A stretch of 63,853 bases of DNA, the filler included, from Octopus bimaculoides (Eukaryota), in NCBI RefSeq assembly GCF_001194135.2. It is 9 parts of 8 records of this genome, joined end to end, with 100 filler letters (N's around TTAATTAATTAA, not from the genome) between each part and the next. Parts side by side here need not be neighbours in the genome. Positions count along the whole stretch, not along the records: positions 1 to 15,891 come from NC_068981.1; 8 more parts are not named here. The stretch is one strand, 5' to 3'. The notes under the pieces are model-generated. The model ran no database searches and had not been told where the DNA came from. It saw only the letters and a list, made by a program, of their open reading frames with translations. Of the stretch, positions 1 to 13,659 are shown piece after piece; within the stretch, counting starts at the first letter, position 1; every line of letters begins with the position of its first letter. A program made the position numbers and the translations under genes.

Positions 1-583
1 TATTATTTATATTTATGCGTTTGTATACATACACGCATACATGCATACATACATACATAGATATATACATACATACATACATACATACACACATACATAC
101 ATACATACATACGTACGTACGTACATACATATAAATATATGTATATGCATGTATGTGTGTATATATGTATATACAAATATGCATGCATTTGTGTATGTAT
201 GTATATAAATGCATATACATATATGTATGCACATATGCGTGTGTGTATATATGTATATACATACGCACGCTCACACGCGCGCACACCTACACACGTATAT
301 TAGTAAGGGATTATAGTAATGTAACAGTAGTAGAATGTTTGAATTTTGTAGTTTGCATTATGTCAAGAATATCTAGTATAAAACGCAATACGTTGGGTTG
401 GGTGTTTATATGTATGTGTATGCGTGTTTGTGTGTGCATGCATGCGTGCATTTATGTATATGTATATATGTGTATATATGTGCATATATATATATGTAAA
501 TATTTATGTATCTATGTATGTATATATCTATATACATATATGTATACAGATATAATTATATATAGATATAATTTATATATATA

Positions 584-669
<86 letters not shown>

Positions 670-672
670 CAT
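1..672. repeat. Compound microsatellite (TACA)n/(TG)n/(TA)n
   Basis: Directly visible tandem di- and tetranucleotide repeats. The overlapping ORFs are IY/CV/HT low-complexity artefacts. Confidence 0.95.
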
Positions 673-1008
673 ACACAAAGTTGACAATCTCTTCTGGGTT
701 TAAACCCAGCCAGTGGTGAAACGTAGAGTATATAACTACAGTTATGTGGCGATGAATTTATGTAAGCGCATATGTGTCTCTATAAGGTGGTACACATATA
801 TTTATTCATATTATTATGTGTTATTGTGCATAGAGATGTCGCTATAATGAGCCAAATATCTACCAAGGTCAGCAGTTTTCAATTTAGACTGGTAATCATG
901 CTCTATGATAACTTGTTGTGGAAGACCATCCTTAGACAGTACTGGTGTAAATAGTTTGTACCAACTGTTTAATCAAATGAAATAATAAGGGATTTGAAAA
1001 AAAATATA

Positions 1009-1440
1009 AGCGCAGGAGTGGCTGTGTGGTAAGTAGCTTGCTAACCAAACATATGGTCCCCGGTTCAGTTCCACTGTGTGGCACCTTGGGCGAGTATCTT
1101 CTACTATAGCCTGGGGACGACCAAAGCCTTGTGAGAGGATTTGTTAGACGGAAACTGGAAGTAGACGGTCGTATATGTATATATATATATATGTATATAT
1201 GTATGTGTGTGTATATGCTTGTGTGTCTGTTTGTCCCACCCCCCAGCATCATTTGACAACTGATGCTGGTGTGTTTACGTCCCCATAACTTAGCGGTTCG
1301 GCAAAAGAGACCGATAGAATAAGTACTAGGCTTACAAAGAATAAGCTCTGTGGTCGATTTGCTCGACTATGAAAAAAGGCGGTGCTCCAACATGGCCGCA
1401 GTCAAATAATTGAAACAAGTAAAAGAGTAAAAGAGTAAAT
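1009..1440 (+). mobile_element. tRNA-derived SINE family A, near full length (CORE-like centre, internal microsatellite)
   Basis: A-box-like TGGCTGTGTGG, B-box-like GGTTCAGTTCC, CORE-like CCTTGGGCGAG, internal (TA/TG)n, and a 3' half ending TGAAACAAGTAAAAGAG. About ten other partial copies occur in the window. Confidence 0.9.
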
Positions 1441-2450
1441 AGTAAAATGCAATAAAAAGTAGTATTACTTGCTAAGATTGAGACTACCACGTTTGAATAG
1501 GTGAAAATTATTTGATTGAAACTCTAAAACGAAGAAACAATAGGGCTTGATTTATGGTTGTAAAATTGTAAAGAAACAACAAGGAAAACGAAGTTTTGAG
1601 AGCAATGTCCTTTGATAGTCTATTTGCGAGATGAAAAACAAAAGCAAACAAACAAAAAAGAAACAAACAAAAAAGGAGTGTTTTTTCTATAAACTGTTGT
1701 CATTTAAATTACATATACATTGCATGACGTTGGACTTTGAACAGTTGAATTCTAAGAGAGTGTTTGTGGATCATTATGCTACATTTGAGTTGTATATTCT
1801 TTGTTTAGATACTTATATTTCTTAATAATAAAAGTTATGATACATATTTTTAAAACTGAATGAATGCAATGGCCAATATTTTTCGTTTAACAAACCTGAT
1901 ACGAAATATTATTATTCGAATCTTGAATTTCAAGTGAGGCCTTTATTTTCAATCGTTTTTAGGATGTAGATATATTTTTAAAGATTTTTATTTTGCTCAA
2001 TAAGCTTTTTAAATATTAACTTCTAAATAATTCAATATATAGTTTCTATTTTTGTATGAATTAACAGCTTGTTATAAACAATGACAAAAACAACAAAATG
2101 TGTTAAAGTAACTTTTTTGAAGACTTTCTGGATTTATATATGAATCGAAAAGAAGGCTTGGATGTTCTATAATATATTTGAACGAATGTCAACTCCGAAT
2201 GTCGCAATTATTTTGAGTGCTAATTGTTATCTGCGAGACGGCCACGCATCAACTCAAAAGGAACATCATTTTATAGCAGCACAAGTAACACTTGTCCTGC
2301 AGATGACGTTGCACAAGTCCAGACATTTAACCAAGGCAAAAAAAATTATGCTTCTTGTTGCGAGTAAACATACTTCTGTCTCTAAACAATATCGAGACGG
2401 TTAACAGAGATATCGGTAACAAATGCAATCACGTCTCCACTGTTTGTAAT

Positions 2451-2480
2451 ACACGGGCAACGCCGGGTATCTCTGCTAAT
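2451..2480 (+). mobile_element. Helitron-type 3' terminus (hairpin plus degenerate CTAG)
   Basis: ACACGGGCAACGCCGGGTATCTCTGCTAAT: a GC-rich hairpin followed about 9 nt later by CTAA|T (expected CTAG|T). It resembles the terminus at 62368-62395 on the minus strand. The 5' end was not located. Confidence 0.5.
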
Positions 2481-4255
2481 ATATATATATATATATATAT
2501 ATANNNNNNNNNNNNNNNNNNNNNNNNNNNNNNNNNNNNNNNNNNNNNNNNNNNNNNNNNNNNNNNNNNNNNNNNNNNNNNNNNNNNNNNNNNNNNNNNN
2601 NNNNNNNNNNNNNNNNNNNNNNNNNNNNNNNNNNNNNNNNNNNNNNNNNNNNNNNNNNNNNNNNNNNNNNNNNNNNNNNNNNNNNNNNNNNNNNNNNNNN
2701 NNNNNNNNNNNNNNNNNNNNNNNNNNNNNNNNNNNNNNNNNNNNNNNNNNNNNNNNNNNNNNNNNNNNNNNNNNNNNNNNNNNNNNNNNNNNNNNNNNNN
2801 NNNNNNNNNNNNNNNNNNNNNNNNNNNNNNNNNNNNNNNNNNNNNNNNNNNNNNNNNNNNNNNNNNNNNNNNNNNNNNNNNNNNNNNNNNNNNNNNNNNN
2901 NNNNNNNNNNNNNNNNNNNNNNNNNNNNNNNNNNNNNNNNNNNNNNNNNNNNNNNNNNNNNNNNNNNNNNNNNNNNNNNNNNNNNNNNNNNNNNNNNNNN
3001 NNNNNNNNNNNNNNNNNNNNNNNNNNNNNNNNNNNNNNNNNNNNNNNNNNNNNNNNNNNNNNNNNNNTATATATATATATATATATATATATGTGTATAT
3101 ATATATGAATATTGGTATATTAATATATTCATGTATTCATATATATAACACAGCTTGATGTTATATTCCTATACATATCACTATCATATTCCATATACCA
3201 CCCACGTACACCCATCAAATGGCATCTAAATATAAATATCTCCACCAGGTGCCGTTGTCATAATCTTCTCTTCAACGAACTCTTACACAACTACTAATGT
3301 GGGATATGTCCCTCGGGGATAACCGGTTTAGTACCACCTCCACTCAAGGAATCACAATTCACTCTTCTTTCTTTCCCGTTAGCCATATTGGGATACTCTC
3401 ATGCCCGTTAGTACAGTGCTGGGTGTATTCACCCGTTGTCCGTATTAACTACTACATTTACTTCTTTCTCCTCAGAACTCTGACTTCCCTGTCGATGTTT
3501 TTACCTCGCAGTTGTTAACTTGAAACTTCTCAAAAGAAATAGAAAACAGGCCTATCTTGTCTCGGGAACTTGCGAGCGCCAAGAGTACAGCATCTTCTTC
3601 CAGACCAAACCAATGAAATCTATAGCTTTACATACCAACATTATGTGGTATAAATCTGTACGTGACATGATCGGGTGGTATTTGCTTAAACATGTCATTA
3701 CAATGTGATATATGTCCATACATGTCACAATTACTTGATTATATATTTATATTATGGTACCATCCCTCATATAACTGATCATACTATCAACATTTATCAT
3801 ATGAGTACGTTGAGCTAACAAATTAGTTGTTCCTACATGATCGCCCAATCTGCTTGATATAACACTCAATTCACCCTTAAAACACTCCATAAAGTTTTCA
3901 AAGGGGAAAGACATCGCATAACATTGTTGGTGATATACGAAAAGACGAAATAGTTAACTGGATAACCTTTGATCATAAAACTGTTCTTCAAAAGCTGACC
4001 TGGGTTTAAACAACGGCGACATATGAATATAAGTGACCACGCGGGGACATGCAAATATATACATCACCTTCATCTGTTATATTATAGATACAGCATCGAT
4101 TTTCTGGATACGGGTGGTCCGGAATATCTTATAATCCGCATTATTTTACAATCAAGAACTTCAAATTCCCGCGGCTCCCTGACTAGTTTACAGTATAGTA
4201 TTAATAAACTTCTATAATTTATACTAATGTACCGGTACCTGTATTTCATTTAATT

Positions 4256-4483
4256 CCTTTATTCTTTTATTTGTTTCAGTCATATGACTGCAGCCATGCT
4301 GGAGCACCACCTTGAAGGATTTTAGTCGAACAAATCGACCCCAGGACTTATTTTTTAAGCCTAGTACTTGCTCTATCGGTCTCCTTCCCTAATTTTCGGG
4401 TACATAAACGCACCAACACAGGTTGTTAAGCGGTGATGGAGGTACAAATACAGACACACACAGAGATATATACATTATATATA

Positions 4484-4522
<39 letters not shown>

Positions 4523-4845
4523 GGTACTCAGAAATCCAAACTTTCCAATATATANNNNNNNNNNNNNNNNNNNNNNNNNNNNNNNNNNNNNNNNNNNNNN
4601 NNNNNNNNNNNNNNNNNNNNNNNNNNNNNNNNAAAAACGAGAAAAAGACAAGAAAAAACAAGAACGTGAGGATGTAACACATGCAAAGTATTAATAAGAA
4701 AAAAAAACGACGGGTTTCTTTCAGTTTCCGTCTATCAAATCCACTGACAAGGCTTTGGTTGGCCGGATGCTATCTATAGTGGGATTGAACCTCCAGTCAT
4801 GTGGCCTGGAAGGAAGCTTCTCACAACACAGCCGTGCCTGCGCCT
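4256..4845 (-). mobile_element. SINE family A copy split by an assembly gap
   Basis: Reverse complement of the 3' half (4256-4470) and of the head/core (4707-4845) of the 1009-1440 element. Confidence 0.85.
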
Positions 4846-5019
4846 AATTAATTAAAGAAATTTAATATGTGTTTAATTTAGAGTGTGCCGACAAAGGTGA
4901 CCATCCCTGGTTTAGAAAAATCAGTTACCCGGAAACGCTGAACCAAAGTTTCCGGAAAATCGATTTTGTACCTGTTCCTATATTTCATCTTCATATGTCA
5001 TATATTTATTACATTACCA

Positions 5020-5690
5020 TCAAATGACATAGAATTATGCATCTCACCACCACGTGTTTCTAAACACTATAGATGATATAACTGTACGTATCATAAATTT
5101 AGGATACATTCAGATGTAATATTAGATATCCATCATCATCAGGTGTCAAATGTGTATACAGTTTCTGTCACCTGTTATATAACTATGCATGGCACCACCT
5201 GGTTTCATATAGTAATATGTTAGCAAAGGTGTCATGTAGCTAAATATGCCACCACGAGGCATCATCTAATTATGTATGTTATCGACAGGTGTCATATAAC
5301 TAAACACGGACACACGCACGCACGCACGCACGCACGTACACACACATACAAACATGTATGAACAGTAGGTGTCATATACAAAGGGGTGATGAAAAGTTCC
5401 TGGCTTTAAAAGTATTGCAGAAGGCCTGGCTGGAGCCCTAACCTTCGGAGTTCTTTTACAGGGCTTAGAAAAACTGAAGGACCGCTGCAATAAGTGTGTG
5501 AATATGAGAGGGGAGTATGTTGAATAAAATCATAATTAACTGATCTTCTTCTATTTTCTTTTACCCCAAACCAGGAACATTTCAGCACCCCCTCGTAGTT
5601 ATACATGTCAGCACCAGGTGTCATATTATTTATACATGTTGCCATCAGGTGTCATATAATTCTTGTATGTTACCACCAAGTGTGAAACAT
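5020..5690. repeat. Degenerate ~31-bp minisatellite (core CACCAGGTGTCATA)
   Basis: Core variants near 5140, 5227, 5286, 5367, 5615, 5646 and 5677. The last three are 31 bp apart. The array is interrupted by a mariner MITE. Confidence 0.6.
5379..5595 (+). mobile_element. Internally deleted mariner (MITE) with TA target-site duplication
   Basis: TA at 5377-78 and 5596-97. TIRs CAAAGGGGTGATGAAAAGTTCCTGGCTTT and AAACCAGGAACATTTCAGCACCCCCTCG. The interior encodes a mariner C-terminus GLEKLKDRCNKCVNMRGEYVE*. Confidence 0.85.
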
Positions 5691-5831
5691 GTAAACATGT
5701 CTCCGTTATGTTACATGTAATATATCAATAGATGTCACTGAAGATTGTAACTCCGCTAGTACATAGAAATTATTATTTGGCAGTTTTTCCCCCATATCAC
5801 GGGAAGTATATTTAAAATTAATTTCCAATAA

Positions 5832-6055
5832 GGCGGTGAGCTGCCTGAATCGTTAACAAGACGGACAAAATACTTAGCAGCGTTTCGTCCACCTTTACGT
5901 TCTGAGTTCAAATGCCGTGGAGGTCGACTTTGCTTTTCATCTTTTCGATGTTGATAAAATAAGTACTAGTTGATCACTGAGGTCCGTGTAATTGACTTAG
6001 CCCCTCCTCCTAAATTGCTGGTCTTGTGCCAAAATTTGAAACTAATATTCATTTC
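5832..6055 (+). mobile_element. tRNA-derived SINE family C, degenerate copy
   Basis: Homologous to the 23260-23475 and 23583-23800 copies; B-box-like GAGTTCAAAT. Confidence 0.75.
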
Positions 6056-7193
6056 TAATTTCCAATATGAGGAGAATCTTGACTGATACCTTATTTTATC
6101 GCTTCGGAAAGGATGAAAGTCAAAGATGACTCAGAAAATAAACAGCCAAACCAAATGCTAAAAAACATTATGTCCAACACTAATGATTCAGCTAATTCAT
6201 CACCCTTTATTATACATTGAATAATGTAGCCGTAGGTACATTTTTAGATAGACTCAGGAAACAAAATGGCAGAATTGTTAGAACGTTGGACAAAATAAAT
6301 GCCTTACGATTGTTTAAATTCCCTGCTCAAATGCAGCCGAAGCCAATCTTGCTTTCATGTTTTCGAGGTTTATAAAACTACTTTCTCTCCAGCTCGGAAG
6401 ATTAGCGAAATCGTTAGAGCATTGAATAGTTTGTTATGCAGAAGTTGTTCCTACGTTTTACGTTCTGAGTTCCCAGACAGAAAAATCGTATCAAAGTAAT
6501 GGAAAATCACCCATAAGAATAAATGCTATGACAACCGCCTAGCATTTCTCAAGGAAGTCACCAATGGTTGTTCCTCTACCTAATGACACTGAAAGGAAAG
6601 AAAGATTCACTGTCTACCCTACAAAAGTTGCGATGGTCATGGCTCAACAGCTTTGATCATATACCTACTCGATCAGTGCTCATCTCAACCGACAATTGTA
6701 GGCACGTGTCCGTAAGTATTTAAGTGATCAAGTACACTTGATACATAATAGAACTGACAGACAAGTTAACCGATGGCAACTTCGCTTGGTAGTGGCAGAA
6801 TTTTGATGCCACCGCTTAATCAATCTATGTTACTTCAATAAGTCAGCCAGAGGAGGTTACACTTTAGGAATCGGATTCAATACTTGGATTTTATGGATAC
6901 ATTCTACATTCTATATTCTGGCAATGTTATTCTATATATCGCTGGCGGCGAGGTGAATCGCTGCTACCTTTAGTACCCGATCGGCCGTCATTGACAAGAT
7001 CAAAGAAGGTCGAAATCACGTGATCTGGTGGTCTCGGTGTTGGAAATGGCAGAGATTTATCTCCCCGTTAGCGAGATAAACAAGAGTTCATTTTGCATGT
7101 TTCTCTCATGGTAACTACCGCTGTATAGTTTGTTCTAACAGAACATCCACGTTTAAGTGGGGCTAAATATTACCTTACCATAGTCTACGATGC

Positions 7194-7419
7194 TTACTCT
7201 TTTACTCTTTTACTTGTTTCAGTCTTTTGACTGCGGCCATGCTGCAGCACCGCCTTTTTTCTGTAGTCGAGCAAATCGACCCCAGGACTTATTCTTTGGA
7301 AGCCTTATTCTATCGGTCTCTTTGCCGAACCGCTAAGTTACGGGGACGTAAACACACCACCATTGCTTGTCAAGCGATGTTGGGGGGCAAACACAGACAC
7401 ACAAACACACACATATATA
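7194..7419 (-). mobile_element. SINE family A, 3' half
   Basis: Reverse complement of 1215-1440; runs into a gap. Confidence 0.9.
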
Positions 7420-8181
7420 NNNNNNNNNNNNNNNNNNNNNNNNNNNNNNNNNNNNNNNNNNNNNNNNNNNNNNNNNNNNNNNNNNNNNNNNNNNNNNNNN
7501 NNNNNNNNNNNNNNNNNNNNNNNNNNNNNNNNNNNNNNNNNNNNNNNNNNNNNNNNNNNNNNNNNNNNNNNNNNNNNNNNNNNNNNNNNNNNNNNNNNNN
7601 NNNNNNNNNNNNNNNNNNNNNNNNNNNNNNNNNNNNNNNNNNNNNNNNNNNNNNNNNNNNNNNNNNNNNNNNNNNNNNNNNNNNNNNNNNNNNNNNNNNN
7701 NNNNNNNNNNNNNNNNNNNNNNNNNNNNNNNNNNNNNNNNNNNNNNNNNNNNNNNNNNNNNNNNNNNNNNNNNNNNNNNNNNNNNNNNNNNNNNNNNNNN
7801 NNNNNNNNNNNNNNNNNNNNNNNNNNNNNNNNNNNNNNNNNNNNNNNNNNNNNNNNNNNNNNNNNNNNNNNNNNNNNNNNNNNNNNNNNNNNNNNNNNNN
7901 NNNNNNNNNNNNNNNNNNNNNNNNNNNNNNNNNNNNNNNNNNNNNNNNNNNNNNNNNNNNNNNNNNNNNNNNNNNNNNNNNNNNNNNNNNNNNNNNNNNN
8001 NNNNNNNNNNNNNNNNNNNNNNNNNNNNNNNNNNNNNNNNNNNNNNNNNNNNNNNNNNNNNNNNNNNNNNNNNNNNNNNNNNNNNNNNNNNNNNNNNNNN
8101 NNNNNNNNNNNNNNNNNNNNNNNNNNNNNNNNNNNNNNNNNNNNNNNNNNNNNNNNNNNNNNNNNNNNNNNNNNNNNNNNN

Positions 8182-8425
8182 TGTGTGTGTGTGTGTGTGT
8201 GTGTGTGTATTTGTGTCTATGTTTGTCCCCCCAACATCTCTTGACAACCGATGCTGGTGTGTATACGTCCCCGTAACTTAGCGGTTCGGCAAAAGAGACC
8301 GATTGAATAAGTACTAGGCTTACAAAGAATAAGTCCTGGGGTTGATTTGCTCGACTAAAGGCGGTGCTCCAGCATGGCCACAGTCAAATGACTGAAACAA
8401 GTAAAATTGTAAAAGAGTGTAACTA
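8182..8425 (+). mobile_element. SINE family A, 3' half
   Basis: Matches 1215-1440; emerges from the same gap as the previous copy. Confidence 0.9.
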
Positions 8426-8739
8426 AAGAGTAGATGGAGTAGAACAGTGGTTCCCCACGTATTGGCTGTGGTAAGTTCCCAGGAGGCGTTGAAGAAAAAT
8501 GGGGCAATAATGGGGTAGCTATTCATATAAAAATCAAGAAAATAATGGGTTCATTAGGTGAAGTTTTATTTGTGAAATACAGTTGCTTCGAATTTGCTTC
8601 AGAAAGAGGTCTACATTTGTGATGGTTAATTGGGGTGGGGTACTACGAATGTGGCCTGTGTGTCAAGGGGGCAGCAGCCCCAAAGACGTTTGGGAACCAC
8701 TGGTATAGAAAGAAAGAAGCAATGAATGAGAAAAAAAGA

Positions 8740-8870
8740 AATAGAGAAAAAAAGGTGAAGAAGGAGGAGGAGGGGTAGAAAGAGGAGGTGGAGGAGAAGA
8801 AGAAGAAGAAGATGATGATGGTGAGGATGATAATGATGATGATGATGATGATGATGATGAAAGTAAATAA
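8740..8870. repeat. Purine-rich trinucleotide tract (GAG/GAA/GAT)n
   Basis: Directly visible; source of the poly-His and poly-Ser ORFs in the track. Confidence 0.9.
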
Positions 8871-10373
8871 CGAAATGGAGAAGAAAGATGCAGTAAAGAG
8901 AAAAAAGGTGGAGAGAGAGAAAATAAAACCTCAGAAAAGGTGAAAGAAAAGCAAGAAATGAAAGAAGCAGCAGAAGACCTCGAACAACAAAGACTGAAAA
9001 ACAAAAATAATGAAGACAAAAAAAAAAAAAATCAGGACAAGAAAAAGAGTAAAAAAAAAAAAAGCCCACTGTATTGCTACACACCTGATCGTCAGATACA
9101 GAATTAACATACCTTTGGTATTTTGGTTCTAACGGTTAGGTACCTTTGGCTGCGGGTGTATATNNNNNNNNNNNNNNNNNNNNNNNNNNNNNNNNNNNNN
9201 NNNNNNNNNNNNNNNNNNNNNNNNNNNNNNNNNNNNNNNNNNNNNNNNNNNNNNNNNNNNNNNNNNNNNNNNNNNNNNNNNNNNNNNNNNNNNNNNNNNN
9301 NNNNNNNNNNNNNNNNNNNNNNNNNNNNNNNNNNNNNNNNNNNNNNNNNNNNNNNNNNNNNNNNNNNNNNNNNNNNNNNNNNNNNNNNNNNNNNNNNNNN
9401 NNNNNNNNNNNNNNNNNNNNNNNNNNNNNNNNNNNNNNNNNNNNNNNNNNNNNNNNNNNNNNNNNNNNNNNNNNNNNNNNNNNNNNNNNNNNNNNNNNNN
9501 NNNNNNNNNNNNNNNNNNNNNNNNNNNNNNNNNNNNNNNNNNNNNNNNNNNNNNNNNNNNNNNNNNNNNNNNNNNNNNNNNNNNNNNNNNNNNNNNNNNN
9601 NNNNNNNNNNNNNNNNNNNNNNNNNNNNNNNNNNNNNNNNNNNNNNNNNNNNNNNNNNNNNNNNNNNNNNNNNNNNNNNNNNNNNNNNNNNNNNNNNNNN
9701 NNNNNNNNNNNNNNNNNNNNNNNNNNNNNNNNNNNNNNNNNNNNNNNNNNNNNNNNNNNNNNNNNNNNNNNNNNNNNNNNNNNNNNNNNNNNNNNNNNNN
9801 NNNNNNNNNNNNNNNNNNNNNNNNNNNNNNNNNNNNNNNNNNNNNNNNNNNNNNNNNNNNNNNNNNNNNNNNNNNNNNNNNNNNNNNNNNNNNNNNNNNN
9901 NNNNNNNNNNNNNNNNNNNNNNNNNNNNNNNNNNNNNNNNNNNNNNNNNNNNNNNNNNNNNNNNNNNNNNNNNNNNNNNNNNNNNNNNNNNNNNNNNNNN
10001 NGTGTGTGTGTGTGTGTGCGTCTTTGTGTACATGTATGATTGGATGTATATGTACATGTGTTAAGTCCCTGTTTATGTGGATTTTAGATGTGTGTGTGTG
10101 TATGCATGACAACATCTTGTGTTCGTGTGTGTGTATGTATGTGTGTGCATATGTGTGTGTGTATATGTACGTGTGTATGTGTGAGAATATGTATGTGTGC
10201 GTGTGTGTGTTCGCGTGCATGTCAGATGTCAAGTACCTTTCAACAAACAGTTCCGTTTGAAGGACGTTTGAATAAACCTAAGCCATCACAATTTCCGTAC
10301 CTACAATGGTCAACTTACCATTTAAGATAAATATGCCCTTACCTATCTACCTAGCGTAAAACCACACAAGCAA

Positions 10374-10422
<49 letters not shown>

Positions 10423-10910
10423 NNNNNNNNNNTGTGTGTGTGTATGTGTGCGTGTGTGTATATATATATATATTTATTTTTTTATGTCTGTATGCATGTA
10501 TCTGTGTATGCAGGTGCGCATGTCTGTATTTGAGTGTTGTATGTATCCGTGTTGGACCGTTATATATATGTATTTGTATATGTGTATATGATAGTTCACT
10601 GGCATACACTCATACACAATAAACACACACACACATACACATACGCATACACACGCATATACACACATTTAATAAACATACATAGATATACATCCTGGCA
10701 TACTTGTATATTCAAATACATAGCTACTCGGGCACAGATATGCACGCAATCGTTTTTCATACGTACATTCTTACATAAAAAAAAAAAATATATATATACA
10801 AGAAAGCAAATAATCAACAAATAGAAAATAAACACTAAGAGAAAAATTTAGAAAAGCAACATTGCAAAATAACCGCGAAAAAAAAAATCAAGAAAAATAA
10901 GACAACACAC

Positions 10911-10969
<59 letters not shown>

Positions 10970-11194
10970 TGGGTAACGGTAAGTGAGAGAATTACTGTTG
11001 CACTTCGTAACCCTGTTTTGATTGATGAAGGTTCCATGTCAAAACACTTATTGTTAGACATGGGTGTCACCTGATGTAAACCGGGTAGTCGTTCCTACAT
11101 GTAACAGAGGCGTATAGAACTATACATGAACGTGTGTGCTTGTGGATCTGTGTATGCATTTATATGTACACATGTATGTATGCATATATGTATG

Positions 11195-11235
<41 letters not shown>

Positions 11236-11614
11236 NNNNNNNNNNNNNNNNNNNNNNNNNNNNNNNNNNNNNNNNNNNNNNNNNNNNNNNNNNNNNNNNN
11301 NNNNNNNNNNNNNNNNNNNNNNNNNNNNNNNNNNNNNNNNNNNNNNNNNNNNNNNNNNNNNNNNNNNNNNNNNNNNNNNNNNNNNNNNNNNNNNNNNNNN
11401 NNNNNNNNNNNNNNNNNNNNNNNNNNNNNNNNNNNNNNNNNNNNNNNNNNNNNNNNNNNNNNNNNNNNNNNNNNNNNNNNNNNNNNNNNNNNNNNNNNNN
11501 NNNNNNNNNNNNNNNNNNNNNNNNNNNNNNNNNNNNNNNNNNNNNNNNNNNNNNATACATACATACGCACACACACATATATACACACATTTTTATACAT
11601 ATAGACATATTTAC

Positions 11615-11646
<32 letters not shown>

Positions 11647-11771
11647 ACGTGTATATATAAATCTATCTATATCATGTATAATATGTATATATATAGTAGG
11701 TATATATAAATCTATATATCATATATATATATATAAGATATATATATGTATATATATGTATGTATATATAT

Positions 11772-11806
<35 letters not shown>

Positions 11807-11809
11807 ATG

Positions 11810-11884
<75 letters not shown>

Positions 11885-12627
11885 ATATACATACATTCAT
11901 ACAAGCATACATATATATACACACACACACACATACACACACACGCACGCATAAATATATACACGTATTTTCCGAATACACACGTACATGCGCATACACA
12001 CAACGCCGAAGAAACTCATACATAAATATGTGAGCGCCTGTACACACGCATGCACTGACTGACATCTGCACACAGCCATGCATAGACATTTATACAAACG
12101 CAACCTGCACACATGATGCCCACTGTCCGTCCCTACTGTTACATTAAAACTGCACGCATTCTAACACGTACGTATATAGTAATACAAACACATACATGTA
12201 TATTCATGCGCCTACATAAACACATATACACACACGTATAAACTTATACATTCATGCATACAAAGAGATATAAGAATAACAACAAAATATTCATATGAAC
12301 AGACAGCTTGTGAAGCTGCTTGCTGCATTATTTATATTAAAACATTCGAACAAGAACACACATTCTCATAATCACAAACACATGCGCGTACACACGCACG
12401 CAACACACATCACATACGTACCGGCCTGCAGGAACATATTATACAATACACATAGATTTAAACATATATAGACAAATATATATATATATATATACACAAA
12501 AGCGTACGGAGGTAACCTTCTTCAATACGTTCATTTCAAAACGCACTTCACCACCAGTATAAAACGAAAGCAACCTGCCATATTAAATTGACCAAAGGGA
12601 AACACAGTATCACTGAATAATAATAAG

Positions 12628-12849
12628 CAATTGCAGCGTGGAAGGTGTTTATAAGCCATTTAAGAAACACACAAAACCGTTAGATTCACTTCTACATTTA
12701 AATTTAATTTGCCAAAATATTTTCGTCGCTTTGTGACCACAACCTGTTCACTGACAAAATTTTGGCAAATTAAATTTAAATGTTGAAGTGAATCTAACGG
12801 TTTTGTGTGTTTTTTAAATGGTTTATAAACGCCTTCCACGCTGCAATTG
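12628..12849. mobile_element. Foldback/MITE-like palindrome with ~91-bp inverted arms
   Basis: 12628-12718 (CAATTGCAGCGTGGAAGG...TTTGCCAAAAT) is the reverse complement of 12759-12849 with few mismatches; 40-nt spacer. Confidence 0.85.
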
Positions 12850-12905
12850 TCTTCGTTCCAGCACACGATCTCAGATCAGGTCACTTGCTGTGCAAGTATA
12901 TCTCC

Positions 12906-13032
<127 letters not shown>

Positions 13033-13227
13033 NNNNNNNNNNNNNNNNNNNNNNNNNNNNNNNNNNNNNNNNNNNNNNNNNNNNNNNNNNNNNNNNNNNN
13101 NNNNNNNNNNNNNNNNNNNNNNNNNNNNNNNNNNNNNNNNNNNNNNNNNNNNNNNNNNNNNNNNNNNNNNNNNNNNNNNNNNNNNNNNNNNNNNNNNNNN
13201 NNNNNNNNNNNNNNNNNNNNNNNNNNN

Positions 13228-13640
13228 TCAAAGATCATGAAGAAAAAAAATGCTTTCTAATTGATGTATCAATACCAGCAGATGACAACGTTTCCCTAAA
13301 AGAAATGGAAAAACTTTCAAAATACAAAGACTAGGAAATAGAGGTAACTCGAATGTGGAATCTAAAAACAGAAACAATTCCTATCATAGTAGGTGCCTTA
13401 GGTATAATAAAAAAAACATTCAGACAAATACATAACAAAAACACCAGGACTCACAAATGTATATAACATACAGAAAATTGCACTACTGGGCACTGCACAC
13501 ATCCTACGCAAAACACTTTCAATACAGTAACCATAACAGCATCACAGCAAACCACAGCAAACCACAGCACATACCCAAGGCACACAGAGCTGCGCTCGGT
13601 AGTGAAGTGAAAGCACGTTATAAAAATAAAACTAGTGAAT
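13228..13640 (+). mobile_element. R4/Dong-type non-LTR retrotransposon 3' end (restriction-like endonuclease domain plus 3' UTR)
   Basis: Translates KDHEEKKCFLIDVSIPADDNVSLKEMEKLSKYKD*EIEVTRMWNLKTETIPIIVGALG, then after a frameshift NIQKIALLGTAHILRKTLSIQ* (stop ends 13530). The LIDVSIP / KE-EK-KY / VGALG pattern is typical of the RLE domain of R4-clade elements. It is followed by (TAA)n. Confidence 0.8.
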
Positions 13641-13659
13641 AGTAATAATAATAATAAAA

